This document shows positions 19,299 to 30,614 of a stretch of 64,000 nt of DNA, one piece after another. The stretch lies in assembly GCA_949295115.1 (NCBI GenBank), contig CASFJU010000004.1, positions 120,153 through 184,152 on the forward strand, given 5' to 3'. The notes beneath the pieces were generated by a model. That model worked only from the letters and a program-made list of their open reading frames with translations, was not told the DNA's origin and searched no databases. The stretch comes from an uncultured Phascolarctobacterium sp. GTDB taxonomy: Bacteria; Bacillota; Negativicutes; Acidaminococcales; Acidaminococcaceae. Position 1 is the stretch's first letter. The number at the start of each line of letters is the position of its first letter. A program made the translations under genes and the position numbers.

Positions 19299-20468
19299 TT
19301 ACTGTTCCTTTGCAGGCGATGCGTCAGGGACTTCGCCCTTAACATCTTCCCACACCACAAAGTTGGCCTTGCTGAAGCCGTTGAACGTCGTCGCCGAAGC
19401 GGAGGTATACGCGCCGCAGATAGGCACGAGTATTAAGTCGCCTTCCTCCTGGCGCACCGTCATTTTGCCGCGGAACATAATGTCCAGCGAATCGCAGCTC
19501 GGCCCCGCAAAAGTTGCCGCCACCTGCTCGCCTTCCTTAAAGCTGATGAGCTTGAAATCCCACTGGTCAAACAGCACGCCGGAAAAAGTTCCGTACAAGC
19601 CGTCGTCAAGGAAGTACCACGGCTGCCCGCCGCGCTCCGTCACGCCGATGACGCTGGTAATAAGGTTTACCGCCGTACCGCAGATAAAGCGCCCCGGTTC
19701 GCACCAGATTTCCACGCCCGGAAAGTCTTCATCAAGGCGCGCGTTGATTTGCTTTAACATCTCCGTAAGGTTAAAACGCACCTTCGGTTCGGGGATGGGG
19801 AAGCCGCCGCCGATATCCATAATGCGCAGCTGCATGCCGTTTGCCGCAGCTTCTTCAAAAATTTCGCGCGCAATGTCCAGCGCGTTCAGATACGGGTCGG
19901 CACTCGTCGTCTGGCTGCCTACATGGAAGGCAATACCCGCAGCGTCAAGTCCTGCCGCTTTCGCCTTCTGCAAAAGCTCCAAAGCCTGCTCGCGGCCTGC
20001 ACCGAATTTTTTATTTAAGTCGACATGTGCCGAAGAATTATCTATCCTGATACGCAGGAGCGCCGTTGCACCCGGGCACTCACGCGCCATTTTATCTATC
20101 TCACCTGCGCTGTCAAAGGTCATCTTGCCTACACCGGCATTACGGCAGGCACGCAAACCGTTTACCGTTTTCATCGGGTTGGCGTAAATCATCCTGCTGC
20201 CGTCCACGCCTAAAGAAGCAAGCCCCATAATCTCGCCGTCGGAAGCAACGTCAAAGTTAGAGCCGAGGTCACGCATCAGCTCCAGAATGCGCCTGTGGGG
20301 ATTGGCCTTAATGGCGTAAAATACTTTAACGCGCGGCATGTGAGTGCGCAGAAGGTTATAATTTTTTTCAATCTGCTCCAGCGAAAGCACGAGTAACGGC
20401 GTTCCGTATTTTTCTGCCAGTGCTTCAACCGCTGCCTGGTTTAACTGAAAATATTTTTCTTTTTTCAT
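19299..20468 (-). CDS. Type III (alanine-racemase fold) PLP-dependent ornithine/lysine decarboxylase
   Basis: FYAIKANP, FDVASDGE, FHVGSQ, DIGGGF, EPGRF, GPSCDSLD, GAYT motifs. Confidence 0.92.
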   Translation of the reverse strand: MKKEKYFQLNQAAVEALAEKYGTPLLVLSLEQIEKNYNLLRTHMPRVKVFYAIKANPHRRILELMRDLGSNFDVASDGEIMGLASLGVDGSRMIYANPMKTVNGLRACRNAGVGKMTFDSAGEIDKMARECPGATALLRIRIDNSSAHVDLNKKFGAGREQALELLQKAKAAGLDAAGIAFHVGSQTTSADPYLNALDIAREIFEEAAANGMQLRIMDIGGGFPIPEPKVRFNLTEMLKQINARLDEDFPGVEIWCEPGRFICGTAVNLITSVIGVTERGGQPWYFLDDGLYGTFSGVLFDQWDFKLISFKEGEQVAATFAGPSCDSLDIMFRGKMTVRQEEGDLILVPICGAYTSASATTFNGFSKANFVVWEDVKGEVPDASPAKEQ

Positions 20469-20757
20469 ATCCACTCTCCCCTTGCCTATGCATTAATTAA
20501 CGTATATGATTGTACCACAATTTTCAGAAAGTACAATAGGAAAATGAAAGAAATTACAAATTTTTAAAGGAGTTTAAACCAAAACTAAAATAATCACGGA
20601 TAGCGGCAAATTTAAGTGGAAAAATGCTGATTTTTTAGGATTTTTTCATCATAACGCCCCTATACAAAATATTGTGCCGCCAGTCAAAGTAAAGGACAAA
20701 ATACGGCAAACAAAAAGGCCCTGCCTTTTAAGGGCAGAGCCATTAAGTTTAAACTGA

Positions 20758-22062
<1,305 letters not shown>

Positions 22063-22187
22063 TTAAATAATACTATTATTGTAGCACAAACGGCGGCAAT
22101 ATTAAAGTAAAACGGGAAAAAGGTTTTAATTAAATCGAATTTTTTGCCCAAGCGCCGCCGGTTTTTAAAAATTTTTTACAAAAACAC

Positions 22188-22216
22188 TTGACGGGAGGCG
22201 CTAAAGCAGATATACT
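22188..22216 (+). promoter_or_regulatory. Promoter of the tRNA cluster
   Basis: TTGACG-17-TATACT about 30 nt upstream of tRNA-Lys. Confidence 0.7.
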
Positions 22217-22244
22217 ATTTCTTGCACAGTTGCAAAACTTGCTT

Positions 22245-22320
22245 GGCCCATTAGCTCAGTTGGTAGAGCACCTGACTCTTAATCAGGGTGTCGTAGGTTC
22301 GAGGCCTACATGGGTCACCA
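22245..22320 (+). tRNA. tRNA-Lys(CTT)
   Basis: Full cloverleaf; anticodon arm CCTGA-CT CTT AA-TCAGG; encoded CCA. Confidence 0.96.
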
Positions 22321-22323
22321 TGT

Positions 22324-22398
22324 GGCCGGTTGGTCAAGCGGTTAAGACACCGCCCTTTCACGGCGGTATCGGGGGTTCGATTCCCCCACCGGTCACCA
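22324..22398 (+). tRNA. tRNA-Glu(TTC)
   Basis: Cloverleaf; CCGCC-CT TTC AC-GGCGG; CCA. Confidence 0.96.
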
Positions 22399-22401
22399 TA
22401 C

Positions 22402-22477
22402 GGGCGCTTAGCTCAGCTGGGAGAGCGTCTGCCTTACAAGCAGAATGTCAGCGGTTCGATCCCGTTAGCGCCCACCA
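22402..22477 (+). tRNA. tRNA-Val(TAC)
   Basis: Cloverleaf; TCTGC-CT TAC AA-GCAGA; CCA. Confidence 0.96.
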
Positions 22478-22493
22478 TTTCCTAACTTAATAC

Positions 22494-22570
22494 GGCCCGG
22501 TGGTTCAGTTGGTTAGAATGCCGCCCTGTCACGGCGGAGGTCGTGGGTTCGAGTCCCATCCGGGTCGCCA
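22494..22570 (+). tRNA. tRNA-Asp(GTC)
   Basis: Cloverleaf; CCGCC-CT GTC AC-GGCGG; CCA. Confidence 0.96.
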
Positions 22571-22574
22571 TTAT

Positions 22575-22592
22575 GCCTCGGTAGCTCAGTTG
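22575..22592 (+). pseudogene. Truncated 5' fragment of a fifth tRNA (possibly Phe)
   Basis: GCCTCGG-TA-GCTC-AGTTG matches an acceptor strand plus D-arm start, 4 nt after tRNA-Asp; no 3' half follows. Confidence 0.6.
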
Positions 22593-22643
22593 ATTTTGTC
22601 TGTTATTCAAAACCGGCAGGGTATACGCCCCGCCAGTTTATTT

Positions 22644-23237
22644 TTATGCTGCGTTTTGCGCACGCTCGACGCTTTTCATTTTTACAAGGTCCATTTTTGT
22701 TAAGCCTAAATCAATGTTGTCATCCAGTTCGTAATCAATAATCGTGCCGGGCTCAAGGTCAATTTCGCGCCCTTTAAAAAACATCCCGGAAAGCGGCACT
22801 ACAAAACCTATTGCCGTGCTGACGGCCATGTTGGCGTAGTTGATGCCGCCTTTAATTTTTACGTCCTGCGGGAAGCTGACCGGTTTGCCGTTTGGCAGAA
22901 GCACGTCGTCCAGCTTAACGCGGATAACGGCGCTCTGGTTAAAAATGCGGCTGCCGTGCGCTTTGCGGATTACGCCGCCAAGTTCCGTCCCCTGCGGTAT
23001 GATGACGATGTTTTCCACCGCCAGGTCATCCTTCAGCGTAAATTTAACGCGGTCGCCTTTTTTATGTACATTGCTGTCGAGCTTATCCACCAGTACAAGG
23101 TTTAAAACCGTGTCCTCCGGTATGTAGGCGTTACCGGGCTCGACGTCTTTAATTTCTTCCGCCAGTGCGGCATGTGCGTTAAAAAGCAGCAGGCACACCG
23201 TAAAAAGCACCGGCAGGTAAGTTTTTATCAGTTTCAT
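22644..23237 (-). CDS. Secreted hypothetical protein sharing its domain with the C-terminus of 459-1445
   Basis: Signal peptide; IPEDTVLNLVLVDKLDS...GDRVKFTLKDD...IIPQGT aligns with LPKDSVIKLEFAEDLSS...GDVVKYKVADN...VIPKGA. Confidence 0.75.
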   Translation of the reverse strand: MKLIKTYLPVLFTVCLLLFNAHAALAEEIKDVEPGNAYIPEDTVLNLVLVDKLDSNVHKKGDRVKFTLKDDLAVENIVIIPQGTELGGVIRKAHGSRIFNQSAVIRVKLDDVLLPNGKPVSFPQDVKIKGGINYANMAVSTAIGFVVPLSGMFFKGREIDLEPGTIIDYELDDNIDLGLTKMDLVKMKSVERAQNAA

Positions 23238-23249
23238 GGTTTTGCTCCG

Positions 23250-23957
23250 TTATCTGTTTTGCATCAGTTTAGCGGCGTAGCTGCGCATCTGTTCGTTGGC
23301 CTGCCGTGTAAAATCAGCCGGCGGCAAGGCAAAAGCTGTTTCCGCATCGACGGTGCTGCTCATCTCCACCACGTTAAAGCGCGGCAGGATGTTCACCTCG
23401 TAACCCAGCCAATCGGCAGTGCCTTTGGCAAAATAAAAATACATCACGCGCTCGCCCTGCGTCATCATGTCATAATCCTCGCCGGTCAGGCTGCGGCCGC
23501 TTTGCGGGCGTTCGTTAAACCAGCTTACCAGCGTTTCGGCAAACGGCAGGCTCATGCCCGGCAGTTCCGGCAGCTCATCATAGGTTTTGTTAACGTAATC
23601 AATAAAATACCAGCGCCCGCCTTTGGCAAAAGTACAGTAATCGCGCAGCACCTTGCCTTCGCCGTCGGTGGTAACGCTGCGCTCGGCGTTAATGCCGTTC
23701 ATTTCATTATATTCCGTGCGGATGTAACGCACCTTCTGCGCCGTTGTCAGTTTGGCGTAAGCGTCCGGTTCCAACACGTCCTTCATGTCGATGGTTTGCT
23801 GCACCACGAGATGCACCGGATGTTTATCGCTGTTTAAAGCGCCGCCCAAAAGCTCTATCGTGCGCTGGCCCGGGCCGAAATCCGCCGCTAAGACGCAGGC
23901 AGCGTTAAAAATTAACAGCGTGCAGAGCGCCGCAAGGCTTAACAAAAATTTTTTCAT
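23250..23957 (-). CDS. Secreted hypothetical protein
   Basis: GAGGTG RBS before MKKFLLSLAAL signal peptide. Confidence 0.7.
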   Translation of the reverse strand: MKKFLLSLAALCTLLIFNAACVLAADFGPGQRTIELLGGALNSDKHPVHLVVQQTIDMKDVLEPDAYAKLTTAQKVRYIRTEYNEMNGINAERSVTTDGEGKVLRDYCTFAKGGRWYFIDYVNKTYDELPELPGMSLPFAETLVSWFNERPQSGRSLTGEDYDMMTQGERVMYFYFAKGTADWLGYEVNILPRFNVVEMSSTVDAETAFALPPADFTRQANEQMRSYAAKLMQNR

Positions 23958-24217
23958 GGCGTTCACCTCATTTATAAGATAGTTTAATTATAACATATCC
24001 GTTAAGGATTGAAGGCTGTGATATTTTTGTAAAATTTTTTACAAAAGCGCCGCAAGATTTAGAATTTTCTGCCAAATGCACTGTATACATTAAATAGTGT
24101 ATACTTTTTCCTTGCCATTATGGCATTATATGGTATAATTAATTTTATAAGGCGAAGTAACGGTATGGGAACAACATTACTTCGCGTAAAAAATTTAAAA
24201 GAAAAGAGGTATTTCAC

Positions 24218-25531
24218 ATGACTGATGAAAACAAAAAAGTTGATGTGAAGGAAACAGCCGATTCCATCATCCGCGAAACCAAGGCTAAATCCAACAACAG
24301 CCAGTTTGTTCTGTGGTTTGCGGCGCTGATTCTTGGTGCTGTTTTGGGCTGGATGGGTATCCCGGCTCTGAATGAATTCTTTAATTTCGTAGCAACCGTA
24401 TTTACCCGTCTGTTCCAGTTTATTGCGGTTCCTACCATCGCGCTTGCGGTTATCACCACGCTGGCAGCACTTGGCGGCAACAAAGAAACCGGTATTATTT
24501 TTGCACACGCAGTTGTGTACACCTTACTTACTACATTTTTAGCCGCCTTTATCGGTTTGGGCCTGTACCTGTACATTGCCCCGGATAACCTGCCGGCTGA
24601 AATCGTTAACGCTGGTTCCGACGTTGTTAAAGGACAGAGCGTAGCAGCTCTCAGCTACTATGACCACATCCTCGGCGTTATCCCGAACAACGTACTGGCT
24701 CCGTTCCTTTCCGGCAACGTACTTTCCGTTATGCTTATCGCTGCTGCAGTTGGCTTGGCACTGGCTTTCATGCCCAGAACCGAAAACCGCGAAGCTCTGC
24801 TGAAAATCATCCAGGGCGTTCAGGAACTGGCATTCACCCTTATCCGTGCCATCCTCTACGTTCTGCCGATTGGTATCGTAGCTTTTGCTGGCCAGCTTTC
24901 CGCACAGATTGAAGCAGGCGTTATCGTTGGCGCGCTGGGCAAATACACCGCAGTTGTAATGCTCGGCAACGCTATCCAGTTCTTCATCGTTCTGCCGATT
25001 ATCCTCATCATCCGCGGCCTTAACCCGATTTACGTTATGCGCCAGATGGGCCAGGCTATCGCAGTTGCTCTGTTCACCAAGAGCTCCGCAGGCACCCTGC
25101 CTGTAACCCTGGCTTGCTCCGAACAGAACCTGAAATGCAATCCGAAAGTTTCCCGCTTCGTACTGCCTATCTGCACCACCATTAACATGAACGGCTGCGC
25201 TGCCTTCATTCTGGTAACCTCTCTGTTCATCATGCAGAACGCAGGCTTTGAAATGACCATGACTACCATGCTGACCTGGGTTTGCATCGCGGTTCTTGCC
25301 GCAGTAGGCAACGCAGGCGTACCGATGGGCTGCTACTTCCTGACCCTCTCCTTGATGGCAGGTATCGGCGCACCGATTGGCCTGATGGGTATCATCCTGC
25401 CGATTTACACCATCATCGACATGATCGAAACCGCTGAAAACGTTTGGTCCGATGCTTGCGTATGCGCAATGGTTGACCACGACCTGAAAGGCAAACTTTC
25501 CGACGACGGCGAAGTTCCGGCTGCTCTGTAA
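24218..25531 (+). CDS. Dicarboxylate/amino acid:cation symporter (DAACS, SstT-like)
   Basis: FTKSSAGTLPVT, PICTTINMNG, GNAGVPMG, DMIETAENVWSD; strong highly-expressed codon bias. Confidence 0.9.
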   Translation: MTDENKKVDVKETADSIIRETKAKSNNSQFVLWFAALILGAVLGWMGIPALNEFFNFVATVFTRLFQFIAVPTIALAVITTLAALGGNKETGIIFAHAVVYTLLTTFLAAFIGLGLYLYIAPDNLPAEIVNAGSDVVKGQSVAALSYYDHILGVIPNNVLAPFLSGNVLSVMLIAAAVGLALAFMPRTENREALLKIIQGVQELAFTLIRAILYVLPIGIVAFAGQLSAQIEAGVIVGALGKYTAVVMLGNAIQFFIVLPIILIIRGLNPIYVMRQMGQAIAVALFTKSSAGTLPVTLACSEQNLKCNPKVSRFVLPICTTINMNGCAAFILVTSLFIMQNAGFEMTMTTMLTWVCIAVLAAVGNAGVPMGCYFLTLSLMAGIGAPIGLMGIILPIYTIIDMIETAENVWSDACVCAMVDHDLKGKLSDDGEVPAAL

Positions 25532-25598
25532 TTTGCCATAATAAACAAAAAGCACTCTGATTGAAAATCAGGGTGCTTTTTTATTGCCCAAAACTTTA

Positions 25599-26573
25599 TT
25601 AAAACCTGTCAAAAACGGAACGGCTGCCGCACTGCAAACTGCGGGCTGAATAATTCGCCAGCGGGATGAATGTCAATCGCTGCGCTTCCGGAAACAGGTA
25701 AAAACCCGTGTACTGGTAGCCGCTGTGCTGCGTAAGCGTTAAGCGCACCATGCACGGCACACCGCCGGACGTGCATTTAAACTGCATATACTGCGAGTTC
25801 AGCCCCTGAAAGGTTTTATACTCGCCCGCTTCGACCAGCGTTAAATTTTTCAGCTGCTCCGGCAGACCCAGCGGCGTTACGTCAACCTTTTCGTAGCTGT
25901 ACTGCGGCAGCGCCTCAAATTCGGTTATCTCAATAACTTCTTCGGCAGGCGTGCCTTTGGCTTTATCCGCAGGCAGCGTTATATGCTTTGTTACCGGTGC
26001 TGGCGGCGGCAGTTGTTTTTTGCCTGCCAGTGCCGCTTTAAAAATCTGCGGCGCATCACTAACAGCGGCGGCGTTAAAGCTCATCGCCACGGTGTCGCTC
26101 GCGCCTCTGGCAATCATCGGCCCGCTTACAGGCAAGCCTGCCAGCAAATCACTGCCGAACGCATACGGAATCGCCAGGCTGTAGGCCGCGCCTTCTTTAT
26201 TAACATAGTAAGTAAAATCCGTCGGTTTGGTTAAGTACCATTTTTCCTGCGGCGGCGCTATTTTAACCGTTTTGCGTATTACGCGCGGTTCTTTTTTTAC
26301 CTGCTGCGTAGTTTTTTCTTTAGCTTCGCCCTGCGGGGCGGATTTTACGTTCTGCGCGTTTTTTACATTACCGTTCTGCACCTGCGTTTTATCTATAACC
26401 GGCGGCTTTTTGGCAGCTTTTCCGCTTTCTTTTGCTTCCGGCGCGTTCAGCTGTGCATTAACCTCTGCCAGCATGTCAGACGTGATGGCGTTGGGCGCGT
26501 GCTGCACCTGTGCCGCCTGCCCGCCGCCTGTCAACAGCAGGCACGCCGTTAAAATACCGATAGTTTTCTTCAT
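25599..26573 (-). CDS. Secreted hypothetical protein with low-complexity Lys/Pro/Ala linker
   Basis: Signal peptide MKKTIGILTACLLL; AAGGAG RBS overlapping the mnmA end. Confidence 0.7.
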   Translation of the reverse strand: MKKTIGILTACLLLTGGGQAAQVQHAPNAITSDMLAEVNAQLNAPEAKESGKAAKKPPVIDKTQVQNGNVKNAQNVKSAPQGEAKEKTTQQVKKEPRVIRKTVKIAPPQEKWYLTKPTDFTYYVNKEGAAYSLAIPYAFGSDLLAGLPVSGPMIARGASDTVAMSFNAAAVSDAPQIFKAALAGKKQLPPPAPVTKHITLPADKAKGTPAEEVIEITEFEALPQYSYEKVDVTPLGLPEQLKNLTLVEAGEYKTFQGLNSQYMQFKCTSGGVPCMVRLTLTQHSGYQYTGFYLFPEAQRLTFIPLANYSARSLQCGSRSVFDRF

Positions 26574-26576
26574 GGT

Positions 26577-27565
<989 letters not shown>

Positions 27566-27569
<4 letters not shown>

Positions 27570-28156
27570 TGCTTTTCAAAACCGGCGCAGATTTCGTTAA
27601 TCTTCGCTTCGTCCACACGCATGGCGGCAATGGTTTTCTCAAACAGCTCGTCCAGCGTCCAGCCAAGCATTTCCGCGCCCTGCGCGATAACCTCGCGGTG
27701 GCAGCCCGCAGCAAATTTTTTATCTTTAAACTTTTTCTTCAGCGATTTTACTTCCATGTCGCTTACGCTTTTGGACGGACGCATTAAAGCCGCCGCACCG
27801 ATGAGGCCGGTCAGTTCGTCAGCCGCAAACAGCACCTTTTCCATCTGGTGTTCCGGCGCAATATCCACGCACAGGCCGTAACCGTGGCACGCCGTAGCGT
27901 GAATGAGTTTTTCGTCAATGCCGCGCTCACGCATAATCTCCTGCGATTTTACGCAGTGCTGTTCCGGGTACATTTCAAAATCAAGGTCGTGCAGTAAACC
28001 TGCCAGCGCCCAAAAATCGGCTTCATCACCATAGCCAAGTTCGCCCGCGTACCAGCGCATAACGCCCTCCACCGTCAGCGCATGGCGCAGATGAAACGGG
28101 TCCTTGTTATATTCCTTTAATAATTCCCATGCCTGTTCGCGTGTTAAGTTCTCCAT
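27566..28156 (-). CDS. HD/HDIG domain hydrolase
   Basis: LRHALTVE, GLLHDLDFE, ACHG, FAADELTG, KDKKFAAG. Confidence 0.85.
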
Positions 28157-28198
28157 AAAAATACCTCCAAAATATTTATCGCAAAATTTTAAACAGCT

Positions 28199-28636
28199 TT
28201 ATTTACAGCAGCATTTTTCGTCCTGCCACTGCATTAAATCGGCCAGTGTGATGTTATCGACGACGCCGTTAATTGCATTGCCGATGCGCCGCCACACCTC
28301 CGTCGTTACGCAGTCGTCCACGCGCGGGCAGCTTACCGGATGCACCGACGCCGCACACGCCACCGGGGCAAGGTCGCCCTCCAGCACGCGTAAGATTTCG
28401 CCCACCGTGCAGGTTTCCGGTTCCTTCGCCAGTTTATAGCCGCCCTGCGCGCCGCGTGCGCTTACAACCAGCCCCGCCTTGCTTAAACGGCTGATAATCT
28501 GCTCCAGATACTTGTCCGAAATATCCTGCCGCAGCGAAATTTCCTTAACCGGAGTGTAGCCGTATTGATGATTGTTTGCCAAATCGAGCATTAAGCGCAA
28601 AGCGTAACGCCCCTTAGTTGAAATCTTCATGCCCAA
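28199..28636 (-). CDS. Rrf2 family transcriptional regulator (IscR/CymR-like, three Cys)
   Basis: ISTKGRYALR, YLEQI, RGAQGGY, EG.LAPV.C...C...C. Confidence 0.92.
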   Translation of the reverse strand: MGMKISTKGRYALRLMLDLANNHQYGYTPVKEISLRQDISDKYLEQIISRLSKAGLVVSARGAQGGYKLAKEPETCTVGEILRVLEGDLAPVACAASVHPVSCPRVDDCVTTEVWRRIGNAINGVVDNITLADLMQWQDEKCCCK

Positions 28637-28815
28637 ACTCCTTTCGTAAAAATATTTTACTACTAACGCAGTAGGAATTCAATAAAAACTTGTTTTTTCA
28701 CCATCCCGCCCGCGGCGGATAAAATAAAAAATTAACGGTTTTTTATTTTGGCTGTATGTGTTAAAATAAAAGCATAAATTTCATTTAAAAAAACTATAAG
28801 CCGGAGGCGTTGACA

Positions 28816-29163
28816 ATGGAAAATAAAGAAAACATGGATATTGAAAAAGAGTTTCAGCATTATCTTGATATTTTTAAAAAGGACAAGGAGCTTGGCAAGG
28901 CGTTAAGCCTCGTTTCCTTCCCGGCGCTATTCAACGATAAATTTTTGCAGGAGCACAGCAAATTCACTTCGCTGAACGATCTGGTCATCCGCAGCGGCTT
29001 CGGCATTATGAACCTGCTGGAAGTTGAAAACGTAAACCAGGAAAAATGGAACGCTTACATTGCCAAAAACAGTAACTGCACCACCTGGTACGAATTTGGC
29101 AAGCTGGCGATGATTGAATGGATGAAAGCCAAAATTGAGGAAGTAAAAAACGCAGCCAACTGA
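28816..29163 (+). CDS. Hypothetical protein
   Basis: GGAGG RBS; ~115-aa ORF with protein-like composition. Confidence 0.7.
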   Translation: MENKENMDIEKEFQHYLDIFKKDKELGKALSLVSFPALFNDKFLQEHSKFTSLNDLVIRSGFGIMNLLEVENVNQEKWNAYIAKNSNCTTWYEFGKLAMIEWMKAKIEEVKNAAN

Positions 29164-29194
29164 TTTAAATCCGGCGGAAAGGATGTGAACCCGC

Positions 29195-30136
29195 GTGGAT
29201 ATTGTACTGCATGCGTTTGAAGGTGTTTTTACCGTCAGCCTGATGGTACTGGCAGGCTATTACCTTGGCAGCCACCACTGGTTTTCGGACGAAAGCCTGA
29301 ACCTGATTTCTAAACTGATTACCAAAATCTGCCTGCCGTTATATATGATTGTCAATTTAACGGAAACGCTGACGCACGACACGGTTATCCAGATGAGCAG
29401 CGGCCTGCCGGTCGCCGTTTCGTCGATGATTATCTGCTTTATCGTGGGCCAGCTTGTTGTGCGCTTTGCCAATATCCCCAGGGGAAGGCGCGGCGTTTTG
29501 GCGGCAGTATTTTTTGTTACCAACACAATTTTAATCGGGCTGCCGTTATCGACGGAGCTGTTCGGCACCAAGTGCATACCGTTTGTGCTGGTTTACTACA
29601 TGGCCAATACCGTAGTGTTCTGGGTTGTGGCGGCACATATCATCGCCGTGGACGGCAGCGAAAAAGTACCGCCGCTGCTTAGCCTGCAAACCTTAAAGCA
29701 CATTGTTAACCCGCCGCTGACAGGTTTTGCCATTGGTTTTACGCTGGTGATGCTGGAACTGCACCTGCCGCACCCGCTGCTGGTTTCGTTCCGCTACATG
29801 GGCAATATGACGACGCCGCTGGCGATGCTGTTTATCGGCGCAGTTGTCAGCAATGCGGACTGGAGCAAAATCCATTTTGACCGCATGATTTTGCTGGCGC
29901 TGTTCGGGCGTTTTGTGGTGTGCCCGCTGGGCATTATTTTAATGGCGCCGCTGGTTGGCATCCCGCCCTTAATGACGCAGGTATTCACCATTCAGGCGGC
30001 CATGCCCGCACCTTCCGTTTTGCCGGTGCTTGCCAAAAACTACGGCGCGGATTACGAATACGCGGCGACGCTGACGGTTGTTACCACCGTGCTGGCGGTT
30101 GTAGTAATGCCGTTTTATATGTGGGTTGTTTCGTAA
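29195..30136 (+). CDS. AEC (auxin efflux carrier / malate permease) family transporter
   Basis: About 10 TM helices; NT..IGLPL, TTPLAMLFIG, AAMP motifs. Confidence 0.88.
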   Translation: MDIVLHAFEGVFTVSLMVLAGYYLGSHHWFSDESLNLISKLITKICLPLYMIVNLTETLTHDTVIQMSSGLPVAVSSMIICFIVGQLVVRFANIPRGRRGVLAAVFFVTNTILIGLPLSTELFGTKCIPFVLVYYMANTVVFWVVAAHIIAVDGSEKVPPLLSLQTLKHIVNPPLTGFAIGFTLVMLELHLPHPLLVSFRYMGNMTTPLAMLFIGAVVSNADWSKIHFDRMILLALFGRFVVCPLGIILMAPLVGIPPLMTQVFTIQAAMPAPSVLPVLAKNYGADYEYAATLTVVTTVLAVVVMPFYMWVVS

Positions 30137-30159
30137 GCGTTTGCCTTTTTAAATATTTT

Positions 30160-30234
30160 GCGAACAAATTTTCATAAATATGCTTGACAAAATGTGATGT
30201 TCGTTTTATTATATTTATAACGAACAGATGTTTT
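30160..30234 (+). promoter_or_regulatory. sigmaA promoter flanked by LexA (Cheo) box-like sites
   Basis: TTGACA (30184)-17-TATTAT (30207); CGAACAAATTTTC and CGAACAGATGTTTT resemble GAAC-N4-GTTC. Confidence 0.6.
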
Positions 30235-30253
30235 GAAAGGCAGTTGATTATTT

Positions 30254-30568
30254 ATGAAAAAGCTTATAACTGTAATTATGGCAAGCCTTTTATTATACAG
30301 CGGCTATGTTTTGGGCACCTGCGCCGCGGCCGATGAAGTTTACACCACCAAAACCGTAACCGTGTACAGCGGCGACACCATGTGGGATATTGCCTCCCGC
30401 TGGACGGAGGACGGCGAGGACGTGCGCGCGGTTATCTACCGCATTTGCGAAGCCAACGGGCTGGCAAGCACCGACTTGCAGCCGGGGCAGAAAATTATCG
30501 TGCCGGTGCGCGTACAACTTAACGATGCCAACATGATGCTTGCCGAAGCAGCGAACAACCATTTATAA
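30254..30568 (+). CDS. LysM-domain membrane-anchored protein, YneA-like SOS cell-division suppressor
   Basis: N-terminal TM then LysM (VYSGDTMWDIA...LQPGQKIIVP); SOS-like boxes upstream. Confidence 0.75.
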   Translation: MKKLITVIMASLLLYSGYVLGTCAAADEVYTTKTVTVYSGDTMWDIASRWTEDGEDVRAVIYRICEANGLASTDLQPGQKIIVPVRVQLNDANMMLAEAANNHL

Positions 30569-30614
30569 AAAGCCAAACAAAAAGAGGACTGATAAAATTA
30601 TCAGCCCTCTTTTT

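Noticed and set aside
22188-22703. ORFs 22188-22490 and 22500-22703
   Set aside because: They overlie four complete tRNA genes and are spurious
24539-25555. 338-aa minus-strand ORF
   Set aside because: Antisense shadow of the strongly codon-biased DAACS transporter; no motifs. The same applies to 8441-9379, 14461-15339, 19363-20187 and 62431-63528.
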